Notes: generated by a model from the letters alone, not told the origin. A stretch of 64,000 nt of DNA from Candidatus Falkowbacteria bacterium (GCA_016218485.1 JACRDY010000059.1:11529-75528), one strand, 5' to 3'. Shown: positions 49,008-60,109, counted from the stretch's first letter. A program made the numbers and translations.

Positions 49008-50018
49008 ATGGTTCAAAAAGTCCGCGTCGCCATTAACGGTTTCGGTCGCATTGGCCGGGCGGCATTTAAAATTGCTTTAGACAACAAGAAAGTGGAGGTG
49101 GTGGCGATTAATGATCTGGTGGCGCCGTCGGTGCTGGCGTATCTTTTAAAATATGATTCAGTCTACAATACGTACGATAAGAAAGTGACCGCTGACAGTA
49201 AACACGTCATCGTCAATGGCAAGAAGTATCCGGTGTTTCAGGAGCGCGAGCCAAAGAGATTGCCCTGGAAAAAGTTGGGAGTGGATGTGGTTTTGGAGTG
49301 CACCGGATTTTTTCTGGACACGGCCGGGGCCGGACAGCACCTGCGGGCGGGCGCCAAAAAAGTGGTCATCTCCGCACCGGGCAAAGACGATGTGGCCAAC
49401 ACGCACGTCTTCGGCACTCTAGAGACGCAGAAGCATGTTAAGCACGGCCAAGTGGTTTCCAACGCTTCCTGCACCACCAATTGCATCAGCCCGGTGATGC
49501 AAGTCTTGGCCACCGTGTTTGGGATTGAGAAAGCGATGATGACGACCGCGCACGCCTATACCGCGAGCCAGGGGCTGGTTGATGAACCAAACAGCAAGGA
49601 TATGCGTGAAGGCCGCGCGGCGGCAATGAACCTAGTACCCACCCACACCGGCGCGGCGGAGGCGACCGCCAAAGTGGTCCCGGCGCTGCAGGGAAAATTC
49701 ACCGGTATTTCCATCCGCGTGCCCGTGATCTGCGGTTCGTTGTCTGACGTCACCTGTGTTTTGAAAAAAAATGTGACGGCAGAACAGGTCAATAATGCGT
49801 TTCGCCGCGCTGCCAAGCAGCCGCTGTTCAAAAATATTCTGGAAGTTTCCGACGCACCATTAGTTTCCAGTGACATCATTGGCAATCCGCATTCGGCGAT
49901 CGTGGACACGACCTTTACCCGCGTGGTTGACGGTAACTTAGTGAAGGTTTTGGCCTGGTATGATAACGAGTGGGGGTACGCGCACCGGTTGGTGGAGATG
50001 GCGGTGGCAGTAAGTTAG
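49008..50018 (+). CDS. gap: Glyceraldehyde-3-phosphate dehydrogenase
   Basis: INGFGRIGR, SNASCTTNC, WYDNEWGY. Confidence 0.98.
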   Translation: MVQKVRVAINGFGRIGRAAFKIALDNKKVEVVAINDLVAPSVLAYLLKYDSVYNTYDKKVTADSKHVIVNGKKYPVFQEREPKRLPWKKLGVDVVLECTGFFLDTAGAGQHLRAGAKKVVISAPGKDDVANTHVFGTLETQKHVKHGQVVSNASCTTNCISPVMQVLATVFGIEKAMMTTAHAYTASQGLVDEPNSKDMREGRAAAMNLVPTHTGAAEATAKVVPALQGKFTGISIRVPVICGSLSDVTCVLKKNVTAEQVNNAFRRAAKQPLFKNILEVSDAPLVSSDIIGNPHSAIVDTTFTRVVDGNLVKVLAWYDNEWGYAHRLVEMAVAVS

Positions 50019-50120
50019 TAATCAGTAATCAGTAATCAGTAATCAGTAATCAGTAATCAGTAATCAGTAATCAGTAATCAGTAATCAGTAACTAGTTACT
50101 AGTTACTGATTACCAGTTAC
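50016..50120. repeat. (GTAATCA)n heptamer array, about 10 units, with a shorter inverted arm
   Basis: Exact tandem units at 50018-50090, followed by TTACTAG/TTACTGA units. Confidence 0.92.
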
Positions 50121-50129
50121 TTTATAAAT

Positions 50130-51176
50130 ATGTTCTCAAAACAAGATCTCTCCCAATTTTTCCTCCTGTTGCTATTAGCAGCTTCTCTGTATTTGGTGTA
50201 CCTCTTTTTCAAGCCTTTCTTAATGGTGATTCTCCTGTCCGGCGTGCTGGTGTCTATTTTCTATAGTTGGTATGAGTGGGTGCTGCCGCGGTTGCAGGGT
50301 AAGCGGAGTTGGGCGGCGTTGATTATGGTGGTGGTCATCGCGGTCATTATTATTCTGCCAGTGACGTTGTTTATTTTTTACCTGTCCAAAAAATCACTGG
50401 AAGGCTTTAGCGCCATTACCGTTTGGATCAATAGCGGCGCGGCTGAACGGACGGTCAATCAGGGACTGTTGAGCCGGTTCAGTTTCATTGATGTTGAAGC
50501 GCTGAATCTTCGTCAGTATCTGGTCAGCGCCAGCTCGCGGATTTACAGCTTTCTCCTGTCTGGCGGCACCTCGCTCCTCAAAGGCACGACGCAGCTGTTC
50601 ACCAGTTTGATCTTGATGTTTTTCACCATGTTTTTCCTGTTCCGTGACGGTAAAACATTCATGCGTGAGGTGATGCACCTGACGCCGCTGCCCAATAAGT
50701 ATGACCGGAAGATTTTTCAGAAATTTCGCGATGTCAGCTACTCTACCATCACCAGTACCTTTGTAACCGCTATTGTCCAGGGTATTATTGGTTCAGTGGG
50801 TTTCATGATCGTCGGCATCCCGGCTTTTTTCGCCGGTGTCGCCATGGCGTTTTTGGCGCTGTTGCCGTATGTTGGCGCGACATTTGTTTGGCTGCCGGCG
50901 GGGTTGTATCTCCTCCTGACCGGCAAGATTTGGCAAGGCATATTTATTTTAATCTGGGGGTCGGTGGTGGTCAGTCTGGTAGATAATATTTTGCGGCCGA
51001 TGCTGATTAAGAATAAAGCCCAGATCCATCCGTTGATTATTTTCTTTGCGATCTTCGGCGGTATCCTTACCTTTGGCTTCTGGGGGATGATTCTCGGGCC
51101 GATCATTATTTCCATTGCGTTTACCATTCTCCATATTTATGAATTGGAGTACGCTGATGTATTGGAGGAGGAATAA
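50130..51176 (+). CDS. AI-2E family transporter
   Basis: Multi-TM protein; LVDNILRP, IHPL, GPII motifs. Confidence 0.9.
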   Translation: MFSKQDLSQFFLLLLLAASLYLVYLFFKPFLMVILLSGVLVSIFYSWYEWVLPRLQGKRSWAALIMVVVIAVIIILPVTLFIFYLSKKSLEGFSAITVWINSGAAERTVNQGLLSRFSFIDVEALNLRQYLVSASSRIYSFLLSGGTSLLKGTTQLFTSLILMFFTMFFLFRDGKTFMREVMHLTPLPNKYDRKIFQKFRDVSYSTITSTFVTAIVQGIIGSVGFMIVGIPAFFAGVAMAFLALLPYVGATFVWLPAGLYLLLTGKIWQGIFILIWGSVVVSLVDNILRPMLIKNKAQIHPLIIFFAIFGGILTFGFWGMILGPIIISIAFTILHIYELEYADVLEEE

Positions 51177-51237
51177 ATCCAGCACCTTCCAGCATATCCC
51201 GTCAGCGTGCTGCGGGGTATGCTGGAAGGTGCTGGAT
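51177..51237. repeat. ATCCAGCACCTTCC family palindromic element
   Basis: Near-perfect hairpin directly after a stop codon. Confidence 0.85.
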
Positions 51238-51441
51238 AAAAATTAGAAATTGGAGAAAAACCCTTTGAAATAAAAGGTTTTTTATTTGCCAAAATAGGGG
51301 ATTCTGGTATAGTTGATGAGGGAGAAATTCAGTATTTCCTGCGTTTTAGTTATTGGAAAGAGATTTAGTATATCGTATGTCGTATATGGTATGTGGGGAA
51401 ATTCCCCCATATACCATATACCACATACTATATTCCCCCCT

Positions 51442-53091
51442 ATGCTCAACTGCAAGAATTGTAATCAACCTTTCACCATCTACCCCGAAGACCAGGAAAT
51501 GTACGATAAGTTTGCCGTACCCGCGCCGCGGCGTTGTCCGCGTTGCCGGCTGATTCAGCGGCTGATGTTCCGGAACGCTCGGGCCCTGTATTACCGGAAG
51601 TGCGACCGCAGCGGCGAGACCATTTTGTCCAGCTATAATCCGAGTCAGCCGTTCCCGGTGTACAAGCCGGATATTTGGTGGAGTGACCAATGGGAAGCCA
51701 TGGATTACGCCCGGGATTATGATTTTGGCAAACCATTTTTTGCCCAATTCAAAGAGCTGAATGACGTGGTACCGCACTTCAGCCTCTTCGTCAGTAATGG
51801 CACGGTGGTGAATTGCGACTTTACCAACTGTATTGGTTTTTCCAAGAATTGTTATTTGACGTTTGAGACTGACTACGCGGAGGACAGCTATTACTCCAAC
51901 CTCTTGAAACGGAGCAAGGACATGGTGGACTGTTCTATTTGCTATGATGATGAATTTTGCTACCAGTGCGTTGATTGCCAGGCGTCGTACGGCTTGCGCT
52001 ATTGTCAAAATTGCACCGGTTGCCGGGACAGCTATTTCCTGTTTGATTGTAAATCGTGTAATGACTGCATCGGCTGTATCAACCAGCGCTATCAGAAATT
52101 CATGATTTTTAACGAGCAGTACAGTGAAGCAGAATATAACCAGAAAAAAGCCGCGCTGCGGCTGGATACCCGCTCGGGCGTCGCGGCGCTCGCTTCGCAG
52201 TGCCAGCAGTTTTTCGGGAAGCACCCGCACAAAAATTTGCAGTTTGAAAAGAACGTCAATAGTGTCGGTAACTATTTGTATAACTCCAAAAACGCATTCC
52301 AGTGCTTCGACTGCAGCGACCTGGAAGACTGCCGCTACTGCGCTAAGCTGTCAATCGGCGTCAAGTCGTGCATGGATTACAACTCGTGGGGCGACCGGGC
52401 GGAGCTCGTCTACAGCTGTTCGGATGTCGGCGGCGGCGTGTATAACCTGAAATTTTGCTGGGCGATTGATACCAAGACCTCAGACTGTGAATACTGCACG
52501 CAGTGTATTGCCTGCAAGGACTGCTTTGGCTGCAGCGGACTGCAAAAGAAGCAGTACTGCATTTTGAATAAACAGTATTCGGAAAAAGAGTATTTCGCGT
52601 TGAAAGAAAAAATTATTGCCAAAATGACAGCCGATGGAGAGTATGGTGAATTTTTTCCGGCAGAGCTGTGTCCGTTTGCCTATAATGAAACCATCGTGAT
52701 GGATTATTTCCCCCTAACCAAAGATGAAGCGTTGAAAGCCGGCTATCGCTGGTATGACCGGGAAAAGTCCAAGCAGCCTGCTGAAACTGAGGCGCCGGAT
52801 GCGATTGGCGAGGTGGCGGACGCCATCATTGGTAAGGTATTAGCCTGCCGTGATTGCCAGTCAAATTATAAGATTATTAAACAAGAATTAGATTTTTGCC
52901 GTCGGGCGAGCGCGCCGATTCCTAGCCAGTGTCCGGACTGCCGACATTTTGGCCGAATGAACAAGCGGATGCCGCTGAGTTTGATCACGGTCAAATGCGA
53001 TAAATGCGGCAATGACATGACGACCGGATATACTGCCGGGGCGGTGCAGAAGGTGTATTGCGAGGAATGTTATCAGAAGGAAATTTACTAG
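51442..53091 (+). CDS. Cys-rich repeat protein, paralogue 1
   Basis: N-terminal CxxC...CPxC, many CxxC repeats, YCILNKQY, C-terminal VYCEECYQKEIY. Confidence 0.88.
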   Translation: MLNCKNCNQPFTIYPEDQEMYDKFAVPAPRRCPRCRLIQRLMFRNARALYYRKCDRSGETILSSYNPSQPFPVYKPDIWWSDQWEAMDYARDYDFGKPFFAQFKELNDVVPHFSLFVSNGTVVNCDFTNCIGFSKNCYLTFETDYAEDSYYSNLLKRSKDMVDCSICYDDEFCYQCVDCQASYGLRYCQNCTGCRDSYFLFDCKSCNDCIGCINQRYQKFMIFNEQYSEAEYNQKKAALRLDTRSGVAALASQCQQFFGKHPHKNLQFEKNVNSVGNYLYNSKNAFQCFDCSDLEDCRYCAKLSIGVKSCMDYNSWGDRAELVYSCSDVGGGVYNLKFCWAIDTKTSDCEYCTQCIACKDCFGCSGLQKKQYCILNKQYSEKEYFALKEKIIAKMTADGEYGEFFPAELCPFAYNETIVMDYFPLTKDEALKAGYRWYDREKSKQPAETEAPDAIGEVADAIIGKVLACRDCQSNYKIIKQELDFCRRASAPIPSQCPDCRHFGRMNKRMPLSLITVKCDKCGNDMTTGYTAGAVQKVYCEECYQKEIY

Positions 53092-53110
53092 CGCACAGCA
53101 CAGAGCTTAT

Positions 53111-53150
53111 AGCACAAAGCTATGCGCTCTGAGCTCTGTGCTTTGAGCTA
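53111..53150 (+). repeat. 40-bp junction repeat type A
   Basis: Identical at 54860-54899 and 58437-58476. Confidence 0.95.
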
Positions 53151-53154
53151 CTTT

Positions 53155-54840
53155 ATGCCAACCTGTAAACAATGCAATCAACCTTTCATCCTTGGCCAGA
53201 TCGGCACAGATATTTTGCGGCGGCTGGATGTACCTGAACCGTCAGTGTGTGATGTTTGCGCCGTGCGCCAGCTGATGGCCTTTCGGAACGAGCGGACTTT
53301 TTATTCCAGCCAGTGTCAGAAGTGTTCGAAAACCATTCTATCGATGTATCCGCCAGACACCGCGCTGAGCGTCTACTGTCGCGACTGCTGGTGGGGAGAT
53401 ACTTGGGACGGCACGCAGTTTGGCCGAGTGTATCGTGGGCCGGAAACATTTTTCCAAGAGCTAGCTGAACTGCAGAAAGTCGTGCCTCGGGAAGGATTGG
53501 TTAACCTGAACAGTCCGGATTGCGATTACTGCAACCACGTCCGTGATTGCAAGTCCTGCTATATGTGTTCGCTCTTGTCTGATCAGTGTGAAGAATGTTA
53601 CTACTGCTACTGGATTGTCACGGTGAAGGATTCAGCGGCCTGTTACTATGGGCGCAATAACCAGCGCTGTTACTTCTGTGTCGCCACGATCCAGAGCTAT
53701 GGCTGCTCGTATGTATTGGAATGTGAAAATTGTTTAGACTGCCACTATAGCTTTGATCTGCGAGGCTGTAAGAATTGCATGTTCAGCAGCAACTTACGCA
53801 ATCAGCAGTATGTTTTTGAGAATCAACAGTTGACCAAGACTGAATACGAAACGCGGGCCGCGGCAGTCAATCGGGGGAGCTGGCAGCAGTCACGAGACTC
53901 TGTGCAACGCTGGCATCAGCTGATTGACCAGGCGGTGAAGGCGTACTCATACCAGAGTAAATGTGAAAATTCTACCGGGGATAATATCCAGAGCAGCGTG
54001 AACACCCAGCTCGCCTATAATAGTTTTGAAGATGAAAACGCCTATAACGCCGCGAGCGTGATTTGTGCTAAGAATATTTTTAACGGTTTTGCCGTGGGCA
54101 GCCAGCCGACCGAATGGGCGAGTAATATCGCCGTCGTGAAGGGCGGCACGCAGATCGTCAGCTGTTTCAACACCGCGTACTCCAGCGATATTTATTTTTG
54201 TGAGAATCTAATTTCCTGCATGGACTGCATCGGCTGTATTGGCCTGCACAAAAAGAAGTACTGCATTCTGAATACACAGTATGAGGAAGAGGAGTATAAA
54301 AAAATCAAAGCCGAGCTACTCGGGTATTTGCGTCAGAGCGGCGCGCTGTCGGAATTTTTCCCAAAGTCATTTTCGCCATTTGCCTACAATGAAACCGCGG
54401 CGCAGGATTTTTATCCTTTGACGAAAGAACAAGCCGTTCAGCTGGACTATACTTGGAAGGATGAATTACCCGGGACTTTTGGCCATGAGACGCTGCCAGC
54501 CGATGGCGTGCCCGATCGGATTGCCGAGGTGAATGATGACATCTTACGGCAGACTCTAGCCTGTATTCACTGCGGCCGGAATTTCAAATTAATTAAACAA
54601 GAGCTGACACTTTATCGGTCGCTCGGCGTGCCGATCCCGCGCGAATGTTTTAATTGTACGTTGCGTCAGCGGCTGGACTTGATGGGGGAGCGTGATTTAC
54701 GGGAGCGGCAGTGTGATTGTACGCGAGCAGAACATCAGCAGCATCAGGGTAAAACATGCCAAAATAAGTTTTTGACGAAATATACCGCGAAAGATAAGAA
54801 GGTGTACTGCGAGGAGTGTTATCAGAAGGAAATTTACTAA
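53155..54840 (+). CDS. Cys-rich repeat protein, paralogue 2
   Basis: Same architecture; start placed at MPTCK. Confidence 0.88.
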   Translation: MPTCKQCNQPFILGQIGTDILRRLDVPEPSVCDVCAVRQLMAFRNERTFYSSQCQKCSKTILSMYPPDTALSVYCRDCWWGDTWDGTQFGRVYRGPETFFQELAELQKVVPREGLVNLNSPDCDYCNHVRDCKSCYMCSLLSDQCEECYYCYWIVTVKDSAACYYGRNNQRCYFCVATIQSYGCSYVLECENCLDCHYSFDLRGCKNCMFSSNLRNQQYVFENQQLTKTEYETRAAAVNRGSWQQSRDSVQRWHQLIDQAVKAYSYQSKCENSTGDNIQSSVNTQLAYNSFEDENAYNAASVICAKNIFNGFAVGSQPTEWASNIAVVKGGTQIVSCFNTAYSSDIYFCENLISCMDCIGCIGLHKKKYCILNTQYEEEEYKKIKAELLGYLRQSGALSEFFPKSFSPFAYNETAAQDFYPLTKEQAVQLDYTWKDELPGTFGHETLPADGVPDRIAEVNDDILRQTLACIHCGRNFKLIKQELTLYRSLGVPIPRECFNCTLRQRLDLMGERDLRERQCDCTRAEHQQHQGKTCQNKFLTKYTAKDKKVYCEECYQKEIY

Positions 54841-54903
54841 CACACAGCACAAAGCGCAGAGCACAAAGCTATGCGCTCTGAGCTCTGTGCTTTGAGCTAC
54901 TGT

Positions 54904-56565
54904 ATGCCAACCTGTAAAAACTGCACCACCGACTTCACCATCACCGACGCAGACAAAACGTTCTACGCCAAGATTGACGTACCCGAGCCGACGCGCTGCC
55001 CGCAGTGCCGGAAACAGCGGCGTTTGAGCTTCCGCAATGAGTCAAATTTTTATTTAACCAAATGTCAGCGGTGTCATAAAGAAACGGTTTCGGTGTATTC
55101 ACCGAATAAACCTTTGGTGGTGTATTGTAAAGACTGCTGGTGGGGTGAGGACTGGAATCCGTTGGATTACGGCCAAGAGTTTGATTGGCAGAAAAGTTTT
55201 ACCGAGCAGTTTAGAGATCTGATGGCGGTGGTGCCGCGGCCGGCGCTCTTGCATTCCGAGAGCGTGAACTGCGATTATAGCATGTTTTCGGCCAATAATA
55301 AGGACTGCTACATGCTGGTACAGTCCAGTAACTGCGAAGAATGCCACTACTGCTACTGGGTGCAGAAATGCCGTAATTGTTTGGATTCGGCGTTTTGTTT
55401 GGACTGCGAGCTGTGCTATCAAGTTGTCGGCGGGGAAAAGTGTTATAACTGTTTTTATTGTAACAATTGTTCCGGTTGCTTGGACAGTCGGTTTCTGCTT
55501 AATTGTCGTGGCTGCAAAAATTGCTTTGGCTGCGTTAATCTCAATAACGCGCAATATTGCATTTTTAATGAACAGAAAACGAAAACCGAGTATGAAACAT
55601 TTATTCAATCAGTAGATTTTATTTCATACCGACACTACCGAGAGTACCAGGAAAAGTTTTATCAGTTTTCTTTACAGCACCCGCGTCGTTTCGCTGAAAT
55701 TTATCAGGCGGATAATTCTACGGGTAATTATCTCAAACGGGTTAAAAACGTCACCATGATTTTTGACGGTTATGATATTGAAGACTGTAGCTACGGTCAG
55801 CACGTCTTGCGTGAGGTGAAAGATGTGATGGATGTCAGTAATGCCGCTCGTAAAGCAGAATTAGTCTATGAAAGTGTTCAGGCGGTATTGAACGTGTATC
55901 AGATTCGTTTTAGTTTATTCCCGCGTCAAGGCGCTTCATTTTTGGATTACTGCGATCATTGCGTCGGGGCTAAGAATTGTTTCGGCTGCATCGCGGTGCG
56001 GAATCAAAAGTATTGCATTTTGAATAAACAGTATAGTGAAAAAGAATATACCGTTGTGGTGCCGAAAATTATTAATCACCTCAAACAAACAGGGAAGTGG
56101 GGAGAATTTTTTGATCCGAGTCTGTCGGCGTTTGGCTATAACGAAACGAACGCCATGGAATTTTTCCCGTTGACGAAAAAAGCGGCAATGACTCAAGGGT
56201 TTAACTGGGAGGATAACACCGGCGGTACTTTCGGCCAGGAAACAATCAAGTGGGCAAACATGCCGGATCGTTTCAGCGACTATGCGGGCGACTTGAGCCG
56301 AGAAGTGTTGACGTGCTCTGACTGCCGGCGGAATTATAAGTTGGTGGCCGTAGAACTGGATTTTTATAAAAAATATAGCTTACCCATTCCGCGGCAGTGC
56401 CCGAAGTGTCGCCACCGCGAGCGCATCACCAGCCGGAATCCGGAACAGCTGTATCACCGTGCCTGTATGAACGCAGGGTGTAAGAATGAATTTGAAACCA
56501 CGTATTCACCCGCCCGACCGGAAAAAGTTTATTGTGAAGCGTGTTACCAGAAAGAGATTTATTAG
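54904..56565 (+). CDS. Cys-rich repeat protein, paralogue 3
   Basis: Same architecture. Confidence 0.88.
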   Translation: MPTCKNCTTDFTITDADKTFYAKIDVPEPTRCPQCRKQRRLSFRNESNFYLTKCQRCHKETVSVYSPNKPLVVYCKDCWWGEDWNPLDYGQEFDWQKSFTEQFRDLMAVVPRPALLHSESVNCDYSMFSANNKDCYMLVQSSNCEECHYCYWVQKCRNCLDSAFCLDCELCYQVVGGEKCYNCFYCNNCSGCLDSRFLLNCRGCKNCFGCVNLNNAQYCIFNEQKTKTEYETFIQSVDFISYRHYREYQEKFYQFSLQHPRRFAEIYQADNSTGNYLKRVKNVTMIFDGYDIEDCSYGQHVLREVKDVMDVSNAARKAELVYESVQAVLNVYQIRFSLFPRQGASFLDYCDHCVGAKNCFGCIAVRNQKYCILNKQYSEKEYTVVVPKIINHLKQTGKWGEFFDPSLSAFGYNETNAMEFFPLTKKAAMTQGFNWEDNTGGTFGQETIKWANMPDRFSDYAGDLSREVLTCSDCRRNYKLVAVELDFYKKYSLPIPRQCPKCRHRERITSRNPEQLYHRACMNAGCKNEFETTYSPARPEKVYCEACYQKEIY

Positions 56566-56642
56566 GAACGACACGCCCTCTGGGCGTGTTATGTTTGTTA
56601 CGCGCTCTGTAACCATAACACAGCCAGAGGCTGTGTCGTTCC
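56565..56642. repeat. Junction repeat type B (REP doublet)
   Basis: Near-identical to 60114-60191. Confidence 0.9.
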
Positions 56643-56695
56643 CTTGGAGGAACAATTTTTGACAAAATTTAAAATCCTGGCTATACTAAAGCATT

Positions 56696-58417
56696 ATGCC
56701 ATACTGCCGAAATTGCTCCCAAGCGTTTGACATTACGTTAAAAGAAAAAGATTTTTACGCTAAGATGGGCACCAAACAGCCGAGCCATTGTTTTGATTGC
56801 CGGATGCAGCGCAAGTACGCGTTCAGAAATGAGCGCAAAATTTATAACCGCCAGTGCAGCTTGTGTCAGCAACAGATTATCAGCTCTTACCCGGCGGACG
56901 CGCCTTTTCCGGTGTATTGTTTTGATTGTTGGTGGTCGGATCGGTGGGACGGTTTGAGCTACGGCCGGGATTTTGATTGGTCCCGTCCATTTTTTTCGCA
57001 ACTCTCTGAGCTGTCGCTCAAGGTCCCGCACCAAGCCCTGCCCAATCCGAATAATAACCAGAACAGCCCGTATGTTACGTGGGCCGATTGGAACAAAAAT
57101 TGTTATTTAGTCTTTTCTTCTTCAATGTGTGAAGATTGTTTGTACTCTGAAGTTTTGGTTGACGCTCGAGACTGTGTTGACTGCACGAATGTTAAAGAAT
57201 CGGAGAACTGTTATTTTTCTATCGATTTGCAGAAATGCTATAACGTCAAATTTAGCCGCAATGTAAAAGATTGCCTGGATTGTAATTTTTGTTTTGATTG
57301 CGCTGACTGCAAAAATTGTTTTTTGTCTTATAATCTGCGTCACGGAGAATACTATATCCGTAATGTTCAGTACTCGCCGGACGCGTATGTCCAGGCAGTC
57401 GAGCGGATTATGGCCAGCCGCAGCGAGCTCGTGCGGGCGTGGGATGAATTTATTAACATGATGCGCTCTGACGCCATCCACCAGTTCGCTCGTCAGGTGA
57501 AGTGTGAAGACGTGGAGGGTGATGAGCTGTATGCCTGCAAGCGCAGTTTCAATAGTTTTGATTCGCGCGAGATTCAGGATTGCTGCAATATTATTTACGG
57601 CGACAAGATTAACGACTGCGCTGATAGCTTCGCCATCGTTGACCACGCTGAAAAATGTTTGGAGGTCTTTAGTGTCAATGGCGGCTATCAAAATATGTAC
57701 GGCTATGGTTATTGGGGAAAATCCCAAAATAGCCGGTACAGCAATACCTGCGTTTCGTCCGTTGATTGTTTCGGCTGCATTGGTCTAAAACACCAGAAAT
57801 ATTGTATTCTGAACAAGCAGTATTTGGCGGCCGAATATCAAATCATGGTCAAAAAAGTTTTGGAACATATGCGGAAGTCTAATTATCCGACGTACGCTGG
57901 CCAGACGAGCGAGTGGGGTGAATTTTTCCCGGTGCAGCTTTCACCCTTTGCTTATAATGAAACAATGGCTCATGTTTATTATCCGCTTAAAAAAGAAGAA
58001 GTTTTAGCGCGCGGCTGGGGCTGGAGGGACGAAAATGATATACTCACTGGTAAAGAAACTATTCATGGGGAGGCATTGCCGGATGCTGCGGCATCAGTTC
58101 CCAAGGGCATGACTGACCAGGTGATCGGCTGCGCTGACTGTGGCCGGAATTACAAGCTGATCAAGCAGGAAATAGATTTCTACACCAAACATACTCTGCC
58201 GCTGCCCAAGATGTGTCCGGAGTGCCGCTTTCAGCAGCGGTTGGCCCTGCGTAATCCGCGTAAGCTGTGGCCGCGGCAGTGCACCTGTCTCCTGGGTCAC
58301 GCCAGCCATCAGGGTCAATCAGTCTGTCCGATTCATTTCAAGACCACCTACCGGCCGGCCGAAGGGGGAGAGGCGAAAGTGTATTGTGAGGAATGTTATC
58401 AGAAGGAAATTTACTAG
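56696..58417 (+). CDS. Cys-rich repeat protein, paralogue 4
   Basis: Same architecture; own TTGACA...TATACT promoter just upstream. Confidence 0.88.
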   Translation: MPYCRNCSQAFDITLKEKDFYAKMGTKQPSHCFDCRMQRKYAFRNERKIYNRQCSLCQQQIISSYPADAPFPVYCFDCWWSDRWDGLSYGRDFDWSRPFFSQLSELSLKVPHQALPNPNNNQNSPYVTWADWNKNCYLVFSSSMCEDCLYSEVLVDARDCVDCTNVKESENCYFSIDLQKCYNVKFSRNVKDCLDCNFCFDCADCKNCFLSYNLRHGEYYIRNVQYSPDAYVQAVERIMASRSELVRAWDEFINMMRSDAIHQFARQVKCEDVEGDELYACKRSFNSFDSREIQDCCNIIYGDKINDCADSFAIVDHAEKCLEVFSVNGGYQNMYGYGYWGKSQNSRYSNTCVSSVDCFGCIGLKHQKYCILNKQYLAAEYQIMVKKVLEHMRKSNYPTYAGQTSEWGEFFPVQLSPFAYNETMAHVYYPLKKEEVLARGWGWRDENDILTGKETIHGEALPDAAASVPKGMTDQVIGCADCGRNYKLIKQEIDFYTKHTLPLPKMCPECRFQQRLALRNPRKLWPRQCTCLLGHASHQGQSVCPIHFKTTYRPAEGGEAKVYCEECYQKEIY

Positions 58418-58477
58418 TGCACAGCACAAAGCGCACAGCACAAAGCTATGCGCTCTGAGCTCTGTGCTTTGAGCTAT

Positions 58478-60109
58478 ATGCCTAAATGTAAACAATGCAC
58501 CACCGATTTCCCCATCACCGACGCAGACAAAACGTTCTACGCCAAGATTGACGTACCTAAACCGACGCGCTGTCCGCAATGCCGCCGCGTTCGCCGATTG
58601 AGCTACCGTAATGAAATCACATTGTATCCCGCCATCTGTGGTTTGTGTAAGAAAAGCATGATCAGCATGTACAACCCGGACGGATCGTATGTGGTGTATT
58701 GTCAGGATTGCTGGTGGGGAGACGGCTGGGACCCGACGGCATCCGGTCAGACGTATGATCCGAGCCGATCATTTTTTGAACAATTTAGTGAGTTGATGAA
58801 AAAAGTGCCGCGGATCAGTTTGATTAATAAAGAAGCGGACAATAGCGAGTACTGTAATTTTTCTTGGCGGAACAAAAATTCCTACCTTTTATTTACCGGC
58901 GGAGAGAACGATGACGTGTTTTATGCTAATCGCTGCTGGAAGTGCCGGAGTAGTATTGATTGCTCCAACCTGTATAATTGTGAATTGTGTTATGAAGCGA
59001 CTGATTCCGCCAATTGTTATAATTGCGCTTGGCTAGAATACTCAACCGGCTGCTCTGACTGTTGGCTGGGGTACAACCTTAGCGGCTGCTCGGACTGTTT
59101 CGGCTGCGTTAACCTGTCTAATCAGAAATTTCATATTTTTAATACCCCGGTACCTGAAGCCGAGTACCGTCAGCGGATCGCGGAGTTGAAGAAGGACCTG
59201 CCGGCGGCGGCGCAGCTATTTCGGGCACAAAAAATGAAAGGGGTGCGCAAGTACGCCAATATTATAAAATCAGTGAATTGCAGCGGTGATTCAATCGTTG
59301 GCAGCAAGAATTGCCAGTCGTGTTTCCGGGTCAAAGACGCGGAAGACTGCAAGTACGTTTGCGATACGACATTGATCAAAGACAGCTATGACGTTGATAA
59401 CGATGATCATTCAGAATTGCTCTATGAGTGCATTGGTAACGAGTCCAACCATAATCAGCAATTCATTGACATCTGCTGGTTTGATCGGGATATTCAGTAC
59501 TGTAGCCTCTGCATGAGCTCAAAGAATCTGTTTGGCTGTGTGGGAATGAAAAACGCGGAGTACTGTATTTTGAATAAAAAATATTCAGCGGAAGAATATG
59601 AGACGCTACGCCAGCAGATTATTGTCAAAATGAAACAAGATGGGGAATATGGTGAGTTTTTTCCCAGTAAATTTTCGCCCTTTGGTTATAATGAGACGAA
59701 CGCCTCCCTGTATTACGAGCTCAAAAAAGAGCAGGCTGTTGCCGCCGGCTTTACCTGGCAGGACAATTTGCCGTCAACGACTGGTAAAGAAACGCTCAAG
59801 GAATTACCGGCGGACATTAGCCAGGTAAACGAGGGGATTACCAAAGAGATTTTGGCCTGCCAGTCGTGCGGTAAGAATTATAAATTTATTCCCCAGGAAG
59901 TGAAACTGTATAAAATGCTCGGCGTACCGCTCCCGCCACAGTGTTTCCGCTGTCGTCATGTTGGCCGGATCCACCGACGGAATGGCCAGACACTCTATAG
60001 CCGCACCTGCATGAAAGACGGCTGCAAGAATTCATTTGAGACGCCATACGCGCCGGATCGGAAAGAAGTGGTTTACTGTGAGGAGTGCTATCAGAAGGAA
60101 ATTTACTAA
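58478..60109 (+). CDS. Cys-rich repeat protein, paralogue 5
   Basis: Same architecture. Confidence 0.88.
   Translation: MPKCKQCTTDFPITDADKTFYAKIDVPKPTRCPQCRRVRRLSYRNEITLYPAICGLCKKSMISMYNPDGSYVVYCQDCWWGDGWDPTASGQTYDPSRSFFEQFSELMKKVPRISLINKEADNSEYCNFSWRNKNSYLLFTGGENDDVFYANRCWKCRSSIDCSNLYNCELCYEATDSANCYNCAWLEYSTGCSDCWLGYNLSGCSDCFGCVNLSNQKFHIFNTPVPEAEYRQRIAELKKDLPAAAQLFRAQKMKGVRKYANIIKSVNCSGDSIVGSKNCQSCFRVKDAEDCKYVCDTTLIKDSYDVDNDDHSELLYECIGNESNHNQQFIDICWFDRDIQYCSLCMSSKNLFGCVGMKNAEYCILNKKYSAEEYETLRQQIIVKMKQDGEYGEFFPSKFSPFGYNETNASLYYELKKEQAVAAGFTWQDNLPSTTGKETLKELPADISQVNEGITKEILACQSCGKNYKFIPQEVKLYKMLGVPLPPQCFRCRHVGRIHRRNGQTLYSRTCMKDGCKNSFETPYAPDRKEVVYCEECYQKEIY

Noticed and set aside
51313-51441. 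N-terminal extensions in the ORF track (also MRSELCALSY at 53122, 54871 and 58448, and those at 14776, 27434, 41726 and 62433)
   Set aside because: They arise from upstream repeats or intergenic DNA. Paralogue and family alignment places the starts at the later ATGs.
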